DNA of 64,000 bases from Bacteroidales bacterium (lineage in GTDB: Bacteria > Bacteroidota > Bacteroidia > Bacteroidales > VadinHA17): positions 1,315 to 65,314 of the forward strand of contig JBBRXA010000010.1 in NCBI GenBank assembly GCA_038248855.1, given 5' to 3'. Below the pieces are notes generated by a model, which had not been told where the DNA came from, did not search any database, and was given only the letters and a program-made list of their open reading frames with translations. Below are positions 58,436 through 64,000 of this stretch, piece after piece. The translations under genes and the position numbers were made by a program. The first letter of the stretch is position 1. Each line of letters opens with the position of its first letter.

Positions 58436-59168
58436 GTCCTTTACTTATAACTTCCTCAATTTCAATCTGGTGCTTACCGCTGTCAGCAGTAACTACATGC
58501 CGGAAATATTCAAAATCCCGGCCTTCCCTTTTAAACTCCAGATTCATTTCCGCGGCCTTCAGTTCGGAAGCCTCCTCTATGGCGTCATAGAGATCCTGGC
58601 CGCCGGTCACTTCGAAAATATTCTTCAGTTCCTGCAATACGTCGTCGCTAATTTTGCGCGTCGGGCCTTCTTTACCGTTAAGTTCACCCCCGACGCGTGC
58701 GAGTGAGTCATCCATGTGATTAAAATAGTGTTCCCATGCCGGGCCCTGTTCAGGGTGAGAGTTCGGGTCCACATCATATGATACCACGCAGTATCCGTGT
58801 TTCAGAATGTTGTCACCTACGGTCCGTTTGATGGCAAACTGCTGCCTCCCCTTTTCTGAATCTGTAAAGTAGCCGAGCTCCTGCGAGACTTTGCGCAGTG
58901 CCATGATGACCATACCGGGGGTGTTGCCGCGCGGGCAGCGGGTCTTGCAGCTCATGCACTGACCGCAGTACCAGATTGTTTCGCTTTTCAGGAGTTGCAG
59001 GATTGTGTCGTTGTTTCTGGTCTGTACAAGATCCACTACCCTCCTGGGGTCATAGTTGTAGTACTCCGCTGCCGGGCATATGCCAGTACAAACACCGCAG
59101 TTCATACAGGCATTGAGACCCTCCTCAAACCTTACGTCCTTCATTAACCTTGTATAGAGATCTTCCAT
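58419..59168 (-). CDS. HdrC-like 2x[4Fe-4S] protein
   Basis: CMNCGVCTGICP and CGQCMSCKTRCPRG motifs. Start moved to ATG 59168 (MEDLYTRL) because the -7 box lies inside the longer ORF. Confidence 0.75.
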   Translation of the reverse strand: MEDLYTRLMKDVRFEEGLNACMNCGVCTGICPAAEYYNYDPRRVVDLVQTRNNDTILQLLKSETIWYCGQCMSCKTRCPRGNTPGMVIMALRKVSQELGYFTDSEKGRQQFAIKRTVGDNILKHGYCVVSYDVDPNSHPEQGPAWEHYFNHMDDSLARVGGELNGKEGPTRKISDDVLQELKNIFEVTGGQDLYDAIEEASELKAAEMNLEFKREGRDFEYFRHVVTADSGKHQIEIEEVISKGHATGR

Positions 59169-59192
59169 TCTTCTTCCTTTTATCCGGAAGTT

Positions 59193-59200
59193 CAAAATTA
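59193..59200 (-). promoter_or_regulatory. -7 box (TAATTTTG on minus strand)
   Basis: TAnnTTTG match 24 nt upstream of ATG 59168. Candidate promoter of the hdr-like operon. Confidence 0.45.
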
Positions 59201-59310
59201 TCCTTTGTCCGTCAGAACCGGAGCAGGATTAAAGCCTATTTTGGAAGGGGTATTTATACCTATTCAGGCAGTAGACAATAGAGGTGCGAGGGTAAAGAAA
59301 TTATCCGGTG

Positions 59311-59328
59311 GTCCGCCAGCAGGCAGAC
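59311..59328. repeat. third copy (inverted) of the palindromic element seen at 7553-7570 and 7594-7611
   Basis: The reverse complement GTCTGCCTGCTGGCGGAC matches TCCGCCTGCTGGCGGA at 15 of 16 positions. Confidence 0.7.
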
Positions 59329-59332
59329 AATT

Positions 59333-59437
59333 TTAGGGAGGAGGCAGACTGTGGGGAGAACTAATCTCATTATTTTGAGGCTTGTTGCATGATGCAACCA
59401 GGGCGATGACAGCAATGAGCAGAATAATATTTTTCAT
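59333..59437 (-). CDS. unannotated 34-aa lipoprotein candidate
   Basis: ATG 59437-59435, stop 59335-59333: MKNIILLIAVIALVASCNKPQNNEISSPHSLPPP, a textbook signal peptide plus lipobox (LVAS|C). Below the ORF-track length cutoff. Confidence 0.35.
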   Translation of the reverse strand: MKNIILLIAVIALVASCNKPQNNEISSPHSLPPP

Positions 59438-59542
59438 GAGACCCTCGGTTAACAAGTTATTGTTAAATTTATGTGTTTTGAAAAGGATAAGCCATCTTTA
59501 ATTTCCCGGTTTATTGAATTTACAGTTGCAAATTCCTGATTT

Positions 59543-61177
59543 ATGAAAGCCTCCAGACCGTTTAAGTACATCCTCATTTCCGCATTAGTCACGCTGCTTC
59601 TGAGTTCCTGCACCCGTGACAAAGTTGTTTCCTTCCGTTCCCTGCTGGTGGAAATAACGGACACTGAAGCAATCACCCGCTTTCCAGATCCCTCTTACAG
59701 GCTTATCCAGCAGAGCTCCTATGACCGGAGAACCGTTTCACCCGACAGTACCGGATGGTTTGCAAACAATGATTATACTCATTTTATCCGCGAAGAGGAG
59801 AATGAAGGCCGGCGTGAATTCGTGATGTTCGAGGCTGAAGAACCCGGGGCGATTGTAAGGTGGTGGATGACATTCGGGAATCAGGAGGCACTGGATTCAT
59901 ACATCAGGGTGTATCTTGACGGCAATCCGGTTCCGGTACTGGAGGGAATGGCTCCTGCACTTGTCGGGGGCGGACTTCTTGCTCCCGCGCCGCTGAGCGC
60001 TGCTGTCTCACCCCTGACTGAACCGCAGCGTCAGGGATACAATCTCTACCTCCCGATCCCTTTCTCAAAGAGCTGTAAGATCACACTGACAAACAGTTCG
60101 GTGGTTATAACTCCGGAAAGGCGTACCCCGTCAATATATTACAATATCTGCTCAAGATTGTATGAAAAGGGCGCCAGGGTGATCTCCTTTACCCGGGAAA
60201 TGCTTCTGGCTGACAGCCTGGCAATAGCTGAGTGCTGCAATGTGCTGAAAGGAATAACAGCGCCGGATGCCAGAGGTGAGTCTGTCAGTTCTTCTGAAGG
60301 ACGGTACCCTCCGGGGACGGCCTGCACACTTGTTTTCGATGAAAATAACAAAGCGCTTGAGAGCCTTGCTCTGCGCCTTGAAGCCGCTGATACCGCTTCC
60401 GCACTTCGCAACACACGCGTCATAATAACATTCGACGGTATCGAAAACGTGAATGTCCCTGCCGGCAATTTCTTCGGAACGGGTTATTCTGTTAATCCTT
60501 ACCGGACACTCTTCAGCAGCACTGACAGCACCGGGAAAATGACTTTCAGCCGGCGCATGCCTTTCCGTGAAGAATGCACTGTCTCTGTCGTTAACGAAAG
60601 CAGTGATACAGTCGGGATTGAGTTGGTGGCTGCCACTGTCCCTTATCGCTGGGACAAACATTCAATGTATTTCGGGGCATCATGGAATGAGTACTCCGGT
60701 ATAGAGACTGCAGGATCCGAAAATACCGGCGGCACCGGCAGGCACATCGACCTGGCTATTACCGGCCTTGAGGGAAAGGGCGTTTATGCGGGAGATGCGG
60801 TCACGGTATTCAATACCGCTGATGCCTGGTGGGGTGAAGGCGATGAGAAAATATATGTTGACAATGAGACTTTTCCTTCCTCCATAGGAACAGGCACTGA
60901 AGACTATTACGGCTATGCGTGGTGCCGGCCCGAACCCTTCTCCCATCCCTTTATCTCACAGCCTGCCGGAGAAGGCAATTTCTATCCCGGAATGACGGTA
61001 AACATGAGATACAGGGCTCTTGATGCCATTCCGTTTGAAAACGCCATCAGGGCTGACATCGAGCTGTGGCACTGGGTCAAAACAAAAATCGACTACAGTC
61101 TTACTGCTTATTATTATGTTTTCCCGGGATATGTTACTGTACCTCCCCGGACTCCAAAGTCAGTTCAGAAACCGTAG
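59543..61177 (+). CDS. DUF2961 / GH172 family lipoprotein
   Basis: Lipobox LLSSC. WWGEGDEKIYVDNETFPSSIGTGTEDYYGYAW is the hallmark DUF2961 block. Confidence 0.8.
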   Translation: MKASRPFKYILISALVTLLLSSCTRDKVVSFRSLLVEITDTEAITRFPDPSYRLIQQSSYDRRTVSPDSTGWFANNDYTHFIREEENEGRREFVMFEAEEPGAIVRWWMTFGNQEALDSYIRVYLDGNPVPVLEGMAPALVGGGLLAPAPLSAAVSPLTEPQRQGYNLYLPIPFSKSCKITLTNSSVVITPERRTPSIYYNICSRLYEKGARVISFTREMLLADSLAIAECCNVLKGITAPDARGESVSSSEGRYPPGTACTLVFDENNKALESLALRLEAADTASALRNTRVIITFDGIENVNVPAGNFFGTGYSVNPYRTLFSSTDSTGKMTFSRRMPFREECTVSVVNESSDTVGIELVAATVPYRWDKHSMYFGASWNEYSGIETAGSENTGGTGRHIDLAITGLEGKGVYAGDAVTVFNTADAWWGEGDEKIYVDNETFPSSIGTGTEDYYGYAWCRPEPFSHPFISQPAGEGNFYPGMTVNMRYRALDAIPFENAIRADIELWHWVKTKIDYSLTAYYYVFPGYVTVPPRTPKSVQKP

Positions 61178-62000
61178 CATATCTCCAAGCCTTCAGAAAG
61201 ATCCGGAGGACAAACATCGCCTGCGCTAAAATAAAGAACAGAGATATCATCAACCCCTTTTCAGGCATTGCGACGGCAGTGAATGTAAACATCAGACCAA
61301 GGAAAACCAGGTTCACAATAAAAACAATGAGCACCGCAAGGTAGGAGACTCCGAAGTTTTTCCGCAGCGAGGAGAAGCCTGCACCCAGGGCTTTGAACAC
61401 CCTGCGGATGCCGGTTGTTGCCACCCAGACACGTGCACGGTCAGCAACCAGGAACCAAAGAGGTAATCCCAGTAACCATACTACTGTCATTATCTTTGAA
61501 ACGACAAGTACCGTAAAGGGATCCTTTGCAGCAGTTCCGGTAATCCCGGCCGGAATGCCAATGATGACAAGGGTCCAGGCAAGGATCAAAAGAAGCATAA
61601 TAACCCCTATCCCCAGAAAAGTAATAAAATGATGTGCCGATGATTTTAAAAATGCTGAAACCTTGAAGCTGCCGTAAGCAGTGGTATAACAGACAAAAAG
61701 CCCTCCCGCAAAAAATGTATACAGCAGGAACCCGGCTATCAGGAGCAGAAAACCGCCGTAGGTAGCTGACCCTAGCAGGTTGCCGAATGCGGGACCCATG
61801 TCTCCTGTGAGTCCTGTGTCAAAACCGCCGAGAAGGCCGTCAGTTGCAAAGCTTTTAGTGAAAATCATCTTTAATCCGAGCTTTAGCGGCATTGCTACAA
61901 GGAGTATCATTACAAGTGTTATTACCCACATTGTAATCAGAAGCTTATATGAACCGGCTGCCCTGGCAGCGCCTTTTTTCAATACCGAAAAGAGTCTCAT
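61134..62000 (-). CDS. polytopic membrane protein, unknown function
   Basis: 288 aa with about 6 TM segments. Starts 10 nt downstream of the M1 peptidase stop. Its 3' end overlaps the convergent GH172 gene by 44 nt. Confidence 0.5.
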   Translation of the reverse strand: MRLFSVLKKGAARAAGSYKLLITMWVITLVMILLVAMPLKLGLKMIFTKSFATDGLLGGFDTGLTGDMGPAFGNLLGSATYGGFLLLIAGFLLYTFFAGGLFVCYTTAYGSFKVSAFLKSSAHHFITFLGIGVIMLLLILAWTLVIIGIPAGITGTAAKDPFTVLVVSKIMTVVWLLGLPLWFLVADRARVWVATTGIRRVFKALGAGFSSLRKNFGVSYLAVLIVFIVNLVFLGLMFTFTAVAMPEKGLMISLFFILAQAMFVLRIFLKAWRYATVSELTLESGEVQ

Positions 62001-62010
62001 CGTCTGAAAA

Positions 62011-63978
62011 TTAAATGGTGATCATTGATATAAGCAACTGAATGATTGTGATATACTTGGTCATCATTCTCCGGGAGGCCGGGAAATTATCTTCTCTGCC
62101 CCAGGAATTGTTGATACGGTTTACATCCATATCGATTTTGTTTTCCGGATCAATCACTGCCCTGACAACCTTCCGCGTACCCTCATATTCAAAATCAATG
62201 TAACGCGCTTTTCCGTCCCACTGCTCCCTCACCTCGTCGCCGTTGTCAAATCCTACCAGCACCTCAATGGGGAGCATCATATCCCCGATCCTCTCGATTC
62301 TAACTTTAGCTTTGTAGAGAGAGTCCGTTTTGCGGTCACTCCTAGCAAAGGCAACCGTGTCGCCCTCGATGATTCCGGTGTAGCCGCTGATCTTGCTGTT
62401 TGAAACGTTGATCACTTTGTAGTCGCATATCCCGCTTCCGTAAAGCACCTGGTCAAAATACCAGTCCATATCTTCGCCAAACCTGTCTCCGTGCTCCTTC
62501 TTTACCACCTCACTGACGACATTAATAAAATCGCGTCCTGAAGGATGCCTGAAAGCCCAATGCCTGTAATACTCTCTGAACACATCATCCATGGTCTCAG
62601 TCCCGATTATCCCCTCAAGTGTATGAAGCCAGGTCGAAGCTTTCATATAGGACATCATAGAGTAGGTCCCGTGCGGATACATCCACGAAGGAAGGTCATT
62701 GGTGGCTGCTGCCCTGCTGGGGGATGAGATATAAGATGACCTTCCCAGATCGGTGTCTGAGCTTTTCAGAAACGGAAGGCGTACCATCCCGTATCCGTCA
62801 CCGTAATAATTATCAACGATCCGCTGTTCCCAGTATGAGTTGACCCCCTCATCAAGCCATGGCTCCTCAAACTCATTGCTGGCAAGGATGCCCATGAAGT
62901 ATGCGTGCCCGAACTCATGAATTGTCACTGACTCAGGCATCCTGTAAAACGCGGGTACCATTGCGGCTCCGGCGGAGGTGAAAAGTGTTGTGTACTCCAT
63001 CCCGCCTGCTCCTGCACCTGCTGCCGGGGGATCCACAAACGTCAGGTGCGGCCACGGGTAGGGCCCCACCCTTGAATCAAGGTATTCAAGTGCGAATTTC
63101 ACAGCCTCCAGCTGTTTGTCCTTGATCCTGAGACCTTTCTGAAAAGTAAGAAAAGTAATGTCAACACCTCTCCACTTGTCCTTCACAATTTTGTAACCCG
63201 GCCAGGCTGTCCATGCGAAGTCGACAATATCTTCAGCCCGCCAGACTACTTTCTTCGTGCTGTCGCCGTTGTCAATTTCCTCAATCAGAATTCCCCCTGA
63301 ACCGGCAACATATTCAGAAGGCATTGTCACGGAGACATTATAGACTGAATGGTTCGAATAAAACTCAGAATTGGGATGGAACTGATGGCAGTTCCACCCG
63401 TCAGCTTCGCGTTGCCTCATCCCTGCCGTTTCATACACCCCGAACTTCGGGAACCACTGGGCGACAAAATAATAATCCTCCGCAAAGCCTGTCCTGACTA
63501 TGGGCGACGGGAGCTTCGATTCAAACTCAATGTTCAGCCTTAATGTGTCACCGGGCGCCACGGGTTTTGCCAGTAGCACCTGCAGCACGGTTTTATCGTA
63601 AACGTTTCCGTCATCAGGAGATATGTATTTCATTTTACCCGACAGGTCATTCCCCTCCCCGTCTGTTAAAGACCTGATCTTCACCCATCCCCATCCGTCA
63701 TCACCGGCTGCTATCCAGCGTCCTTCGCCGGCAAAAGATGTTTTTGTGCTGCTGAATGCATTCAGGTACATATGCAGCAAGGCATCAGGAACAGGTGATG
63801 CTGAGGTGTTGACCCACCAGGCAAGTATTTTTCCGGAAACAGTGTGATCCTTTGTGTTGAGAGAACCAATTATGTCATAGCCAGTTACTCTCGGACTTAA
63901 CGGAGTCTGAAATATGACCTGCCCATTTGTATAAATACACAGGGGTAGTATCAGAAACAGGATTGATAGTCTTTTCAT
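62011..63978 (-). CDS. M1 family metallopeptidase (aminopeptidase N-like), secreted
   Basis: Signal peptide, GGMEYT (GxMEN-like), HEFGHAYF...WLDEG zinc motif. Confidence 0.85.
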   Translation of the reverse strand: MKRLSILFLILPLCIYTNGQVIFQTPLSPRVTGYDIIGSLNTKDHTVSGKILAWWVNTSASPVPDALLHMYLNAFSSTKTSFAGEGRWIAAGDDGWGWVKIRSLTDGEGNDLSGKMKYISPDDGNVYDKTVLQVLLAKPVAPGDTLRLNIEFESKLPSPIVRTGFAEDYYFVAQWFPKFGVYETAGMRQREADGWNCHQFHPNSEFYSNHSVYNVSVTMPSEYVAGSGGILIEEIDNGDSTKKVVWRAEDIVDFAWTAWPGYKIVKDKWRGVDITFLTFQKGLRIKDKQLEAVKFALEYLDSRVGPYPWPHLTFVDPPAAGAGAGGMEYTTLFTSAGAAMVPAFYRMPESVTIHEFGHAYFMGILASNEFEEPWLDEGVNSYWEQRIVDNYYGDGYGMVRLPFLKSSDTDLGRSSYISSPSRAAATNDLPSWMYPHGTYSMMSYMKASTWLHTLEGIIGTETMDDVFREYYRHWAFRHPSGRDFINVVSEVVKKEHGDRFGEDMDWYFDQVLYGSGICDYKVINVSNSKISGYTGIIEGDTVAFARSDRKTDSLYKAKVRIERIGDMMLPIEVLVGFDNGDEVREQWDGKARYIDFEYEGTRKVVRAVIDPENKIDMDVNRINNSWGREDNFPASRRMMTKYITIIQLLISMITI

Positions 63979-64000
63979 ATTCCTTAATCAATGAAAGAAA

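Noticed and set aside
54109-59168. Calling the operon a bona fide sHdr sulfur-oxidation system or a methanogen-type Hdr
   Set aside because: The gene order and short HdrA resemble sHdr. However, lbpA, dsrE, tusA and lipoate-assembly genes are absent from the window, the first CCG domain of the HdrB-like protein is degenerate, and the last subunit is membrane-fused. The assignment is left open and reported as a finding instead.
59449-59676. 75-aa minus-strand ORF overlapping the start of the GH172 gene
   Set aside because: It overlaps the well-supported plus-strand lipoprotein start and the promoter region, and has no motifs.
61134-61177. 44-nt convergent overlap of the GH172 and membrane-protein genes (and the 8-nt purL/53410 overlap) as a regulatory antisense feature
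   Set aside because: The overlaps are short. They could simply reflect compact 3' ends or a slightly mis-set stop context, and nothing in the sequence suggests function.

Overview
The window looks like a chromosomal segment of a Bacteroidota genome. Evidence for that: a SusC/SusD pair, a T9SS C-terminal sorting domain, many lipobox lipoproteins, and repeated TAnnTTTG -7 promoter boxes. I count about 50 real CDS. I saw no rRNA, tRNA, CRISPR array, transposase or integrase. The flanks are housekeeping genes: a LarA-like gene, pdxB-gnd-tkt, an operon with FKBP/FKBP/cyclophilin plus DUF3127, dcp, photolyase, purL, a GH172-like protein and an M1 peptidase. The centre (about 12.9-44.6 kb) is one uninterrupted block whose recognisable genes nearly all point to scavenging and catabolism of peptidoglycan or muropeptides. 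It has three parts. (1) A SusC/SusD operon with an NlpC/P60 gamma-D-Glu endopeptidase and an L-Ala-D/L-Glu-type dipeptide epimerase, divergent from a NamZ-like DUF1343 gene. (2) An eight-gene minus-strand operon: secreted amidase-like/golvesin giant, tandem GT2, DUF4922 HIT-like protein, signal-less SpoIID/LytB, GH9-CE4 fusion, AmpG-like permease with an inserted domain, FAD/Fe-S 2-hydroxyacid dehydrogenase, and a NagB-LmbE fusion. (3) A divergent operon: BadF-type sugar kinase, murQ, GntR/FadR regulator, T9SS-secreted GH18 and a serine hydrolase. The least explained part, and my best candidate for an undescribed system, is the apparently cytoplasmic triad of GT2, DUF4922 and SpoIID next to the permease. 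A second notable block (54.1-59.2 kb) is a tightly coupled five-gene heterodisulfide-reductase-like operon (HdrC/B/short HdrA, a small ferredoxin, and a membrane-anchored HdrD/DsrMK-like fusion). Smaller observations are a 16-nt palindromic element in three copies, phased CTGCA repeats upstream of purL, an SSB-like acidic tail on the DUF3127 protein, an unannotated 34-aa lipoprotein ORF and two probable gene remnants. All family assignments come from motifs read by eye and from memory; no searches were run.
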